A stretch of 64,000 nt of DNA from Sphaerodactylus townsendi (lineage: Eukaryota): NCBI RefSeq assembly GCF_021028975.2, contig NC_059426.1, positions 79,856,001 through 79,920,000 on the forward strand, written 5' to 3'. Below the pieces are notes generated by a model. It searched no databases, was not told the origin of the DNA, and worked only from the letters and a program-made list of their open reading frames with translations. Position 1 is the stretch's first letter. Every line of letters begins with the position of its first letter. The position numbers and the translations under genes were made by a program. Positions 13,225 through 25,570 of the stretch are shown one piece after another.

Positions 13225-14404
13225 CTGGTACATCGTGCTCTCAATACATCAGTGCAGACATAACTTTACACAGTATTATGAAGATGTAAATAATTATGCA
13301 CAGGGACAAAGATTTTTTTTGCATCAGAAGTAGAACATTATGAACAGTTACAGCAACTCTACGGTTATATTTACAGTAAACCATCAGCTCATATATGCCA
13401 AGCTGTTCATACTAACAATCCTTTGAATCAGGTGAGTCCCTGATTATCTCATTCAACTGATCAGTTGACCCATAGTTTGCTGCTTTTGGAGGTGATTGGT
13501 CAAGGGATAGAGAGGTGCCTAGCATTCTTCCTTATGAAGGTCCTTTGAGGTAATGGACAAATTCTGTTCCTTAATAAATTGCCACCAGAGCATTTAATGG
13601 AATGTAGGTTGCTGGCATATTAGGTTTGAGGGAATTTTTGGGTTTTGCTGTATTGTAAGCTGCCTTGAGCTGTAGGGGAAGATGAGATATAAATGTTTGA
13701 ATAAAATACTTAAATAATTAACATATTGTTTTTGCCTGTCAGAATTAATAATTTGTCTAAATTGGACTGATCAGTCAACTGTTGAATCGGAGAGAACTTC
13801 TGCAGTCCTAGACTGCTAGTTCTCCTGCAAGTCAGAATGCTGTTTTCACATTTGACTCTTCACAGCATTGCATGAAATAGGATTTTCCATAACCAATCAG
13901 GCCATTTAGTCCATAGTGATATTATTTGTTAGCATTGAATGCTTAAAAAAGAGAGTATCATTGTTCCATCTTACTTCCTCTGTTGCACCTTTTTCAGAGG
14001 TTTCTCGTGGGGATTGTTTTATGTGGCAATTTTCTTCCCTGAGCATGCAAGCCATACTTGTTAGTAGTTGATATATGTAAGCCACATAGTTTATTAGGGT
14101 GGATTGTTCATATGGGGTTCTTATTGATTTTTTTACATTCCAGTCAATGATGAAGTGGAACAATAACAAACCATGTGTGTGCTGGGGTTGTTTTCTTTAC
14201 TTCTGCTGTGATTTGGACACAGTTGTAATTTGTTTTTTAGATCTACAAAGTACAGTAGAGGGAGAATTCTCTGTGTGAGTAAAGATGTAGAGTTATATTT
14301 GCATGCAGATTCAACCTCAGTTGCTACCTTCTGGAACACTTCAAGTTTTGTTTTCTCTTTCCATTGTTAAAGTTTGCAGGATGAGTTCTCAGCTAATAAA
14401 GAGT

Positions 14405-14685
14405 ATGATCCAGCCATTTTAAACCATTTCAGTGGAGGGGTTAAAGAAATTTGTGGAAGATAGGTTTATCACTGGTTGTTAGTCAAGATGACCAAAGAGA
14501 AGATTCATATTCAGAGATAGCATGCCACTGTATGCAGTTGCTGGGAAAGACTGCATCAGCGGAGGGCTATTGACTTCTTAACTAGTGTGTGGTATTTCTA
14601 GGGGACATCTAGTGTGACACTGAGGGAAAAAAGATGTTGCACTAGTTCTGATCGCTTGGCTCTTCTGATCCAGCAGGGCTCTTTT
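14405..14685 (+). mobile_element. Old CR1-type LINE 3' end
   Basis: ggaagataggtttatcactgg...gatgttgcactag...tctgatccagcagggctctt resembles reptile CR1 3' UTR; related fragment at 28065-28195. Confidence 0.6.
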
Positions 14686-15130
14686 GTAATTGAAACATAA
14701 GCTTAACACTTCTGTAGTATATTTTGCCCGACTGGGACTAGGTTATGGCAGTCTTGAAGTTAAAATGTGTCAGATGACAATCACATTTTACATGATCAGA
14801 ATGGAGTCCTTGTCACATGACTGACATGTCAAATGCCACTTTGGTCTGACTTCTAGTCCTGTTAGACGATTGTAGTGGCTGAGGCAATAGGGTGCCAAGT
14901 GGAAATGGCCACCCTCCTCTCCTTGTAGCTGCTGCCTTGTTTTTTACAAAGAGATTGATCCAGCTGTGAGAGCAGGAAAGACCACCTCTTCTTCACCATC
15001 TACTGCTTCCTCATTAAAAGATGGCTGCTGTGCTCGCACCTGAACCACCCTCTGTGTGAGGAAGAAGACAGGTATTTGATCCATGTATGGTGACATCAGT
15101 TGCCTCCAGCTCTCTTGCTCAGCAGACTCA

Positions 15131-15575
15131 GGCCATTTCTGAACAGTGGCAGGAAACGACTCTCCATTGGCATAATTCATTCCGGTGGATGCATGAGGTG
15201 CCTGCGGGTCATCCGGTTCACCTACCTCTCCTCCCTGCTCATCTTTGGACAGCTGGAGGGACATGCCCATGCTGCCCTCTGACCTCTGGGGGTTGGAGGG
15301 CAGCATGGGCATGTCCCTCCAGCCATCCAGAGCTGCACAGGGAGGAGAGGTAGGTGAACAGGAAACCGGAGGGGCCAAAAGCGGTTCCTTCACACCAATG
15401 CACTTTGCACTGCGCCAGCGGAAAGACACCGCTTTTGAAAAACCTTGCTCGGGGACCGAATTTCAAAAGCGGCATCTTCGTGCCACTTTGGGGGGCAAGC
15501 ATGGCGCTGTTGCGATGCAGCAGCGCCAGCTGTTCAAACCGCGCCCCAGGGACGGTGTTTTTACTGTCCCTAGGA
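15131..15575. mobile_element. PIF/Harbinger-type GC-rich MITE, truncated on the right by a hAT insertion
   Basis: Central palindrome 15213-15368; gggacggtgtttttactgtccc shared with 55940-55961. Confidence 0.7.
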
Positions 15576-16013
15576 CAGTGATGGTGAACCTTTTCAAGAC
15601 CGAATGCCCAAACTGCAACTCAAAACCCACTTATTTATCGCCAAGTGCCAACACGGCAATTTAACTTGAATACTGAGGCTTTAGTTTAGAAAAAATGGTT
15701 GGCTCTGAAGCGTGCGTTACTCAGGAGTAAGCTTGGTGGTAGTCGGTGGCTTTGCTTTGAAGCAACTGTGCAACTCTTCCAACAGGTAACTCATGACCCT
15801 AGGAGGGTTTACTCAGACGCAAGCCCCATTGCCAGCAACTGAGCTTACTCCCAGGTAAAGGATCGCACTCTAGTTCTTCACATGAAAATCAGTGGGGTTT
15901 AACAGCGCTTGACAGGGTTACCTACACTGTTTCCCCAAAACTAGGTCTTAGGTTTAATGCTAATAATCGAGCCCAGTGGCCAAGGCCAGCCTAGATGTTG
16001 GGGGGGGGGGGGC
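15576..16013 (+). mobile_element. hAT non-autonomous element, 5' part
   Basis: Starts cagtgatggtgaaccttt (hAT-type TIR); stops at a G-run; interior shared with Helitron cargo at 36524-36700. Confidence 0.65.
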
Positions 16014-16097
16014 ATGTCATGTTAATACTTATGCTTCGTTTCAGATTTCTGCTTGGATTTATATTTCTTCAATTCTAATTCTGTTGCATTGCTTATT

Positions 16098-16403
16098 AGA
16101 AGAAGAAGAAGAAGAGTTTGGATTTATATCCCCCTTTCTCTCCTATAGGAGACTCAAAGGGGCTTACAATCTCCTTGCCCTTCCTCCCTCACAACAAACA
16201 CCCTGTGAGGTGGGTAGGGCTGAGAGAGCTCCGAAAAACTGTGACTAGCCTAAGGTCATCCAGCTGGCATGTGTGGGAGTGCACAGGCTAATCTGAATTC
16301 CCCAGATAAGCCTCCACAGCTCAAGCAGCAGAGCTGGGAATCAAACCCGGTTCCTCCAGATCAGAGTGCACCTGCTCTTGACCTCCTACGCCACTGCTGC
16401 TCC
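16098..16403 (-). mobile_element. tRNA/MIR(Ther1)-core squamate SINE (Squam3-like), inserted in an L2-like 3' tail (16014-16535)
   Basis: (gaa)n tail, MIR core cctcacaacaaacaccctgtgaggt, tRNA-like A/B-box head on minus strand; close match to 28790-29066 and 60645-60947. Confidence 0.9.
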
Positions 16404-17319
16404 CCATCCTGTCGATTGAAGTCCCATCCTGTTGATTGTATTGATTATGCAATATTGATACAGTATAGATTTATATTGTATAATCCACTTGAGTCTCAAT
16501 GACAAAGGCAGACTATAATTAACATAAATAAAATTGAAAATTCAAGATGAAATTCAGTTAAGGCATCTGTATGTGTTGGTTTCTTTCCCTGGAAATACTA
16601 GAGCAGAGATTCATTTCTGCTACAACTTACCTCAAAGCAACAAAGGTGACACAATAGAGGGTCCACTGATCCTAGAATTCTTGTTGCTGGAACTACCACA
16701 GAGCCCTATTATATTGCTTTACACTATTCTCAGTTGCTTCCCAGTAGCCACTGTTCACAGGCAGCGTGAGCCTGTTCTCCTCTTGCCTCTGAAACAGTTC
16801 TCTTTTCTTCTGCTTTTTTGTTGTGGCAGAGTGGGGGTACCTTTGGGGTTGTGATGATATATATTTTTCCAGTAAACAGAGATTGCTTCTCTTCTCTCAG
16901 GCCTTGCTCAGGGTCAATAATGACTTCTGCAAGAACAATTTATTGACTTCTCCACTCTGGCCAGAATTAAAACTGTCACCATTGGGCCTGTAATCCCTAG
17001 ACAGTAACATTGCCTTCTCAGTCAATCTGAGGGAAAGGCTGCTTTGGCTACAGAGCAATTAAGAAGCTTTTTTCATGGTGGATGACTGAGGAGGAATAGG
17101 GGGAAGGAAGGGAAAACAGTCAGTTTCTGAATTGGATTGTTTCTTCCCATGTGCTCAATCCTTGTGTTCCTTTTTCAAATTATCCATATTTATTTGCATT
17201 TTTATTTCATGTAATAATGAACAATAGATATGTCCAAGTTAATATGCACAACTATCCTATGAAAAACAAAAACATGATCAAATCAAAATTACAAGAAAAC
17301 CATACTAGTGAAGATCCAC

Positions 17320-17520
17320 TCTGATGCAGTGGTTGGAGAATTAGACGATATGTGGGACTCCCTTATTCAAATCCCTACAGTCAGGAATGCAGCTGGGTGA
17401 CCCTGCTTACAACACATACACTTAGCTATTCTACTTCAAAGGGTGGTTGTGATGATAAAATAGGGAAGACATTGCATACAATCCTGAGTTTTTTTGGGAG
17501 AAAGGGCAGGAAAAAGATGC
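17320..17520 (+). mobile_element. Old MIR-like SINE
   Basis: gcagtggttgga...ttcaaatccc head and aagggtggttgtgatgataaaa core. Confidence 0.5.
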
Positions 17521-20500
17521 ACTAAACAGAAAAAGGAATCCAAATCCCTTGATTATTAAATATTGAACGTGTCATCAACATACTTTTATTAATACAACTT
17601 ATGTAGTTTGTTTTGGTGGTACAAAATAGTCTATACCTCTGGTCTAAACATAGATTGACCAATTACCATCTGCTGTTCCTGTAATCTGAAAGAAGAAATG
17701 ACAGTCTTTTTTCTAAAATCTGGGCTAATTCAAGTGACAATAATAAAAGGGAGTATCCAAAGATTTGAAGGAGTTTTACCCTATGGGATTTTGGTATGCA
17801 GCTAGATGTGCTTGAGAATCTACCAATTTGGTTTATGTCTATGCATATTCATGCTCTTTGACACATGTGCAAACTGTTCAAACATGTCTGCCCTGGAAAT
17901 GCTACTTTTGCATCTGCTCAAAAATGCATTCTTGTTTTGTTGCTGTTTTTTGTTGGTTCCACTGCTAACAGCCTCATGGAAACTGTAGTTTATTCCTCCA
18001 CCTTAGTTAACAACTGTACCCAACTATGGCTCCAGAGGGAAACTGATTTCCTTACTATACAGGTGCAAAAGTGACAATGTGAAACTTACTTATCAAGAGT
18101 GCCTAGCTTGGTGATTAAGTCTAGTGGCAAACAGGAAGGTGGGACAGATTGTCCCAAGGCTTGATTCACATGTAAAGCACGGTGGTCATCCATGGTATGT
18201 CAGTCTGATAATGTGTTCATTATAAACTTCTTAGTGAACCTGTATACACATGAAAGTTTTCTATAGCACACAGGAAACTTTGTGATTACATCATCATATG
18301 GACCACTCAAATTAGATTCAAACCATGATATTAGAGGGGCCAGGTGACAGGCCAGGGGAAATTGGCCGTAAAAGTCATTGGGAAATTTATGCCCCCCCCC
18401 CACCTCCCCGGACCACTCCAGCACAAAAATATGGGTGAGCTTGAAATGGAAATGCAGAAAAGTATTTGCCCAGTTCAGAGTCACTCTGTGGGACTGGCCA
18501 GTGTGAACTGGCCATGTCATCACCACCACAATGGACACACTTGGCCAGCCTCAGATGTGCCCAACTGGCTCTCACCTCATTTCTGAGCTAGCCAGTCTGG
18601 ATTCACCAGGCACCTTGTCTGGTTTCACCAGGAGAATGGATTTGTGCCAGATCCACACTGGCCTTCCTGCAGAAAAGATCCTATGCCTGCCCTGGCTATG
18701 ATGCAGCTACAGGCCTATGCGAGGTCCAGCCTTGCCTCAGTGAAGAACCTGCAATCAGCCCAGCCCAGCTTCACTGTGGCAAGTGACTTATACCTGTTGG
18801 CTAGGCATGTTCTCCTTGTAGGTAGCTGGCCATGGCCTGCCTCTGTCCTTTGGGGGTAGGCTGTTTCAGGACTGTTTTCCCCTCCTCAATCCACCTCAGT
18901 ACAGCCCAATACGAGCCCTGCTTATATCATATGTTTGCTACATAGAAAGGAGAAATATAGTCGTTCTGATATGGGGCAAATTCATACCACAACATTCCTT
19001 TTAAACAATAAATAAAACATTTCATGCTGCTTGTGATACAGTAGTATCGACAAGACATGTAGAAATGCTCTTTACTTTTTAGTTCATTTGAACTTCTGCC
19101 TACTGGCATATTCACTTGGCAGTTCAGCTTAACAGTGTTGTAAGGGTCAAGTTGCAACATCAGGTATCATTGAGTTTCCATTGGAAACCATCCATTTATT
19201 TTCTATTGATTAGATTACAATAAACCTAATATTAATTGCACAAAGGAGGAGGTTTGGCATAGTAAATTAGAACATGGAGTAAAAACCATTTGTCTCATTG
19301 AAATACCAAATTGTTATTGAATTGAATCGCACTATTGAATTATGCTAATTTAAAAATATTGAGCTTGGATATAAAAGAAAGCTAATAAAAATAAAAATCA
19401 ACTGGTGCAGCCAAAATTGGAAATGAGAGCCCAATTTTCCTGTATTAATCCTGGAAACATACACTTTCTTCTGCTGAGAGATTTTGTAACTTTTAATTTT
19501 GTACAGTAGGAAGTTCATGAAATCTTTTACAAGTTGAAAAGTAAGGGAACAGTAAAATTTGTTAGACTTTTATAGTCTAGTCCTGCAAGCTGTATGTAAG
19601 ATGAATTACATAGGTGAATGCTCTCTGGACAAAATTCTGCCTTAGTAACTAGATATTTAACTATTTTGAGGCTTATTTTGACCCTCTTTTAAATGACCCT
19701 TAAGTCAGTAGCCAAATAATGAGTCTCTCCAATGTGGTAACCAGCAAAATGTCTTTAGAATGATCTTCAGAATTGGTGAACTGTGTCTGTATGTCTTCTG
19801 AATAAGCTATGTCAGCTCTACCACTTAGCTTCAAGATCAAAGGGAGATCATTATAGAAAGGGTCACATGTCTGCTCAAATGAATCAAGCATTAGGATTAG
19901 CAAGTCAGAGTTCCTTAAGAATCTCCTCCTGACATTTTGTGTTTGCATATGTACATGTGTGTATGACCGGACAAATTTGCTGTGAGTTGAATCCAAAGAA
20001 CTGCACAAATTTTACATCCCACATATATTGGCAGTTTCCACATGACATACTATTTGTGAAATAGCAACTTAAAAATGTGTGATATGATACGGTGGTGTCT
20101 GCAGATAAAAGAAATTAGTTGCCAGTTTTCCTAGTCTCAACACCCTGAATGCACCTAAGAATTTTTTTTTAAAGATGTTGGTCTGTTATTTAATATTCCT
20201 ATTTTTATTTGGTACAATGACAATCTTGCATGCTGTGACTATGTACAATTATATATTTAGACCATGGCCTAATAAAAGCAGTGCTTACCCAGAGTCTCTT
20301 TTCTTCACAGTGAGTTTTTCCTGCAGTTTTCAGTTCAAACTGGGGGTTCTTTCACTGCAAAGCTTCCCAAGTTGAGCCAGCTGCCAGTTTCCTTGTACCA
20401 CTGCTTCCTTGTTGCCTGCTGCTTTTTTTCACGGAAAAAACAAAAAAAGGAAACACTTTAGGTCTCTCTGCTGGCCGAGAGTGCGAGGGACTGCTGCTGG

Positions 20501-22275
20501 GTGGGCAAGGAAAGGTAGAAGAGAGGGAAAGGTATGGGAAGGAGGTAAGGGTGATCCAAGCCAGAGCAAGCTGAGCACACACAAAATATTTTCACTTTCT
20601 CAATGAAGAGAAAGGAAAATTGCACTTGAAGAGATTTTGGAAGCCATGTGGCTGCTCTGATCTGAGGTGCAGTGAGTTCGGGAGGGAGGAAAATATGTTT
20701 ACAACCAAGAATCTGACCTGAAGGGAATGTATGCTCATTGTGGGGCAAACCACAAGTGCATAAATGGCCATTATCACAGTAATCCTTACAACAACTCTGC
20801 ATACGAGGCCAGTATTATTATTCTTATAGGCTGAGACAGAGCAGCTTCCCTAGAGCCTTTTAATAAGTTTGTGACTGAAACAAAATTTTAATGATTCCTC
20901 GTGCTGGCCACCCTTGAACAATAATAAAGCAAGATCCCCATGTCCTGGGCTACCTTAAAACTGTGCAATTTTAACCAATACACATGTGGTGTTTTTTTTT
21001 TCTCTTATGTATAATTCCTAACCACTTGCCTAAAACCTGTAAGCAAACCTGTAAGCAAACCTTCCTAAACCTAAGTAATTTCTCCCCCTCATCCTTGTAC
21101 TGATTTTTAAAGTATTCTTTGATTGGATGAAGAAACAGAATATCAGTGGCATTTTTATTTGCCAAGCAGATCAGGGTCTTACCTCTTAAAGAATCCACTG
21201 TTTTTTTTTTCAATTTGGGAATCCATATCTTACCAATAGTAGGTCAGTGGGTGATAAATAAGTCTTGGTTTCCTGAAATGAATTTTGCCTCCTGCTCACA
21301 GATTCTTGGCCTGGAAAGAGGCAGATGGCCACTGCTTCAGGCTTCAAGAGGCTATAACTTCCTATATGGATTCATTTTTGCTCAGATAATCTTAAAACAA
21401 AGCATGTGCATTAGGCCACAATACATATGAAGCTCCCCGCATTTCAGAATACCTTCTTCTGGGGCATAGCATAATTCAGACTTCCAAATCTGGCAAAGAC
21501 TTACTTTAACAATCAACGTACTACTTTAAACTTTCTGTGAGATAGGTTTGGGCATGGTTACAGTCTATTTTGGAGCTTTCTCCCTTTTTATTTGATATAG
21601 TGAATGAAGCTGAGGGTGTAAGTTTGCATTATGTGGAATGAGACAGGAAATGATTTTTGTAAGTTTACTCAATGTAATGTAATATGAAAATGCCATGAAT
21701 ATAGTGAAGCACTGGAAAAAGGTGGTTGTTCAGTTATTGTGCCCATGATTGAACACAGAATTGTGGTTCTGTTCCCTGTAGATCATCATACTTTACTTGA
21801 CAGGACTAGAAAGAGAATGAATGGGTGTGTTGCCTCATTTGCTCGTTTAAAAAAAATAGACTTACCTTTTTTCTGCTCAGTTGGAAACCCACAGTACCTT
21901 TCATCCTCCTTTTGGAACTTTCTGAGGTAGGAATACCACAATTATTGTTCTTTCCATTTTGAACCAGCATTATCTTAAAATGATAAGCAACGAATCTTCA
22001 TTTGGAAGGTGTAATAAACACCACTGCAATTTTCAAAAAAGTTTGAGCTATAACACAATTTTTCAAAAAGGCTTTACATTTGACATTTAAAGTATACCTG
22101 TCAGTTGGCTACATTTGGATTCCTACTGTTGATACTAACAATGACTGAGAGCCAAATCCCTGTGGTTTTGTTTAAACTATCAATGTAAATTGAGTAGTGA
22201 AGCCCATGTGATTATTTTTTTCTGTCTCCTTTTCCATAAGTAAATATTTTTTTCTAATGCAAACATCTTGTTAAA

Positions 22276-22682
22276 ATATTGTTGAAGGCTTTCATTACTG
22301 GAATCAACTGGCTGTTGTGTGTTTTCTGGTCTGTGTGGTCATGGTCTGGCAGTTTTTGCTCCTAACATTTTGCCCACATCTATGGCTGGCATCTTCAGAG
22401 GCATGTCACAGTAAGTTATGTTTCTCTCTGTGGCACTGTGGAGTAATTGTGAGGTTGGGTATGTATTTTGTCCACCTCACAGGTAAGGTGTGAGTGTGAT
22501 TAGCATTTGCATGTGTTTGGATGGACAAAAAATATACACCACACAATCACTCCACATTGTACCACAGAGGGAAACATATCTAACCATGACATGCCTCTGA
22601 AGATGTCAGCAATAGATACAGGAGAAATGTTAGGAACAACAACTACCAGACCACACAACCCAGAAGATCCATAACAGCCAGT
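22276..22682. mobile_element. Penelope-like element remnant: inverted pLTR pair, each arm with a hammerhead motif
   Basis: Left arm tattgttgaaggctttcattactggaatc...gcatcttcagaggcatgtca is inverted in right arm tgacatgcctctgaagatg...gaaatgttagga; flanks tcttgttaaa / tcttgttgaa. Confidence 0.8.
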
Positions 22683-23019
22683 TCTTGTTGAAGCTTCCAC
22701 CAAACCCAGTTGTATGCAGCAATGGCTACCTTTTGCCGCATACAGTTTTCCACTCAACTTGGAATCTCATCTAATCCATAGGTTCTTATGCATGTACTTG
22801 AAATCATATTCCAGTTAAATGAATGAAAATTATTATCCGATCAACATGCACAAATAGCTTCTCTGAATGTCACTGATACATTGGAATCAGGGGTCATTTA
22901 TGAAAAAGTGTAGTGAATGATAAATAGGTAGTTAACCATACAATTGTTTGTCAGTTCCTGCACTTGAAGACAACAGTGGCAATTGTGATGGCAACTGTGC
23001 ATAATCTAAGTACCTTTTT

Positions 23020-23990
23020 ATGTGGCCCATTCTACCTGTTTTGAGCACAAATAAAATGTTTTCAGGAAGGAAAAAAAGCATGTTGGGGTGGAGTTCCCTA
23101 AAGGTTTTCAACTCCAAGATAGTTCAGCAACTTCTCTATGGAGTTCCTTTATGGATAACTGCATGGAACAATTCTGTTGAAATAATACAATCTGGCTTCC
23201 TATATAAAATACTCGGATTACCACACTCTGTACCATATGCTGTACTATGCTTAGAAACTGGTCAGAACCTACTTGAAACAAGAGCATGGCTGAATACATT
23301 CAAGTATTGGATCAAATTATGTTTTAATTCTGATGTGCACAGTTTAACATATACTGCGCGCCCAGACCTATTTGCCTCCGAATGGTATCAACTTCTTAAA
23401 TCAAAAATTTATTCAATGGGTTTATTACTTGAAGATCTCTGTATGCTGTCACCCAGAGAGATTTTCCAAACCTTAAAAAGCCGACTTCTAGAACAGGAAT
23501 ACTACAAATAAATCATGCTCACCCCTCTCTGTCGGAATAATACTGGAACAGGGGCACATAGCCAAATATCTTGAATTATTAACTGAACCCCAATAGAGGT
23601 GGATTATCACAAGGGCCAGATCCAATACTTTCCCATTGGCCATTACAAAGGGTCGTTAGTTATCCATCCCTCTCCAGGATCGGGTTTGTCCACACTGTAA
23701 AAACCAAGTGGAGACTCTTGCTCACATTATTCTTGACTGTCCGAGATATGTGGGCATTAGGAATTTCTCTCCCAGGCTGGCCCTAGACAAATCTGAAAGA
23801 GACTCTGACAGTTCTGTTGTGGAACTTCTGTTAAACAATACAGATGTCATACTCTTGGAAAAAGTAGCAAAATTTCTTTAGCAAGTGACAGAACTTTCTA
23901 AGTAATGTATACTGCTATATACAGTTTTTCTGTCTGCGTTTTGAATGTACTCCTGATTTGTACTTCATAAATGTCTGGTAACGCTCTAGA
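23020..23990 (+). mobile_element. 5'-truncated LINE ORF2 3' end (RTE-X-like clade) with C-terminal CCHC knuckle
   Basis: QLLYGVPLW...ILGLPHSVPYAVLCLETG in ORF 23020-23511; downstream frame RVCPHCKNQVETLAHIILDCPRY; internal stops. Confidence 0.75.
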
Positions 23991-24283
23991 GCCTATTTTA
24001 AATACCTTATAAAGGTTGTTGTTGAGAGGGTGGGGTTCCACACAGTTCTCCCCCCAAATGATCGGAAAATGTTTGATTTGTGCACAAAATGAACTAGCAA
24101 CTTATTTCCTGAAGCCACTTTTAAAATTCTTCCTGTTTGCTGTGCAGAGAGCAGGAAACATTTTATTTTTTCTGCCTGTATGTAAAGCTTTCCCTTTCAC
24201 CATGCAAATTCTCATATTAAATCTTTGAAGCTTCGAAAATCCTTCACCGAAAATGTTTAAAAGGAGAAAGCATGTTACTATAA

Positions 24284-25103
24284 GGCGCGGCCACGGCTTG
24301 ACCTCGGCCCGCCATTGTGGGTCGGCCGAGACCTGGCTTGAGCGGTGTTTGCCCTGCTCAGGGGGAAGGCGCGGCCTCGGAGCACGGCTCGCGCATGTGC
24401 GGTGGCTGGGCTCCGATTGGTTCCGTGTTCCCACGGAGCCAGCAGGCCATGTCAAATGCAGGTGCCAGCATGTGCTTGCATATAAAAGAAAGCGGCCATG
24501 TGGGCGAGCTCAGTCTCGCCCAGGACGCCGAAGCCTGAGGATCGCCGCTGGATCTTTCAGCCCGGGTGGGTTTTGCAGGAAACGGGGGGGGGGACACCAG
24601 GGCACGTTCTCCGGGGTGGCTTGAAGAGCGGCCGCTGGCAGTTCCTCTGACAGCGGGCGGGCGAGCCGGGAGCGAGGTGCTGGGGGATTCCCCGGCGGCC
24701 CTGGATTACAGTGGTGATCCCTGCCCTCCTCAATTCATTTCAGAAGGATTCCCTGGGTGACGGGGCATGAGCGGGGTCCTGGACTCCCCCCCCCCACAGC
24801 TGCGGAAGGTGTCGGGAACCCCCCTCCTTCCCATGCAGAGGAGTTTTACCCGGTAGTTGGTTGGGGGAGAAAAGTGCCGTAGTTTCCCCAAGCAGCCGGG
24901 GGGTCGGGGCAAATGAGGCTGGAGACTGGCAATGGAGCCTGTGGCTGGAAGCACCAGACCTTTGCACATCATGGAGGGGCCCCATGAGGGAGTTTGGCGG
25001 CAGCCTTTGCCTGGGGGGAGGGGATTGGCCAGCGTAGAGCAAGCAGTGGGACCTTGGAGGGGACCATGCAGTAAAAGTGTGCTGCGGCTTACAAGGGGGG
25101 TCT
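24284..25103 (+). mobile_element. Unclassified CpG-rich insertion flanked by a 35-bp direct repeat (LTR- or DIRS/Ngaro-repeat-like)
   Basis: gaaaatgtttaaaaggagaaagcatgttactataa exact at 24249-24283 and 25104-25138; inside ATTGG (24416), TATAAAA (24481), AGTAAA (~25070). Confidence 0.6.
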
Positions 25104-25155
25104 GAAAATGTTTAAAAGGAGAAAGCATGTTACTATAATTAGCAGGCACAACTGA

Positions 25156-25570
25156 GATGAATTCTGCATGAGTCAAAATCACTGGTGTCGGCCTGGTAAA
25201 AACACCATTTGGAGAGGGAACTTCCCATGGCTGCCACCTCCAAATTGAGGCAGCGCTGCTCTTTCCCCCTTCAAATGGTGTTTTGTTGACTCACTAAACT
25301 AGTGAGTCATTTGGAAAATGGCGGCGTCCACCTGGTGCTGAGCAAATGGCACTGGGTGGAAAGCGCCGTTTTCTGGCATGCCACTTTTTAAATTAATTTA
25401 CCTGTTCCTTCCTGCGTAGCTCTGTCGGGACAAGGGGATCAAACAGAAGGGGCAGAAAATGGCAGACAAAAGAACCATTTCCCCTGAAATGCTTTATTTT
25501 TCCATGCTATGTGGACAAAAAAAGTCAAAATGGTTCTTTTAAAAATGCTTCCTAAATGTTTTCAATGGCT
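25156..25570. mobile_element. Old Harbinger-like MITE remnant
   Basis: gaattctgcatgagtcaaaa resembles TIR ggattccgcatgggccaaaa of 35332; nested palindromes aaaacaccattt/aaatggtgtttt. Confidence 0.5.

Noticed and set aside
24253-25182. Overlapping ORFs in the GC-rich insert; host-gene CpG-island promoter
   Set aside because: ORFs reflect GC content; sharp edges and the flanking duplication argue for an insertion rather than a native promoter
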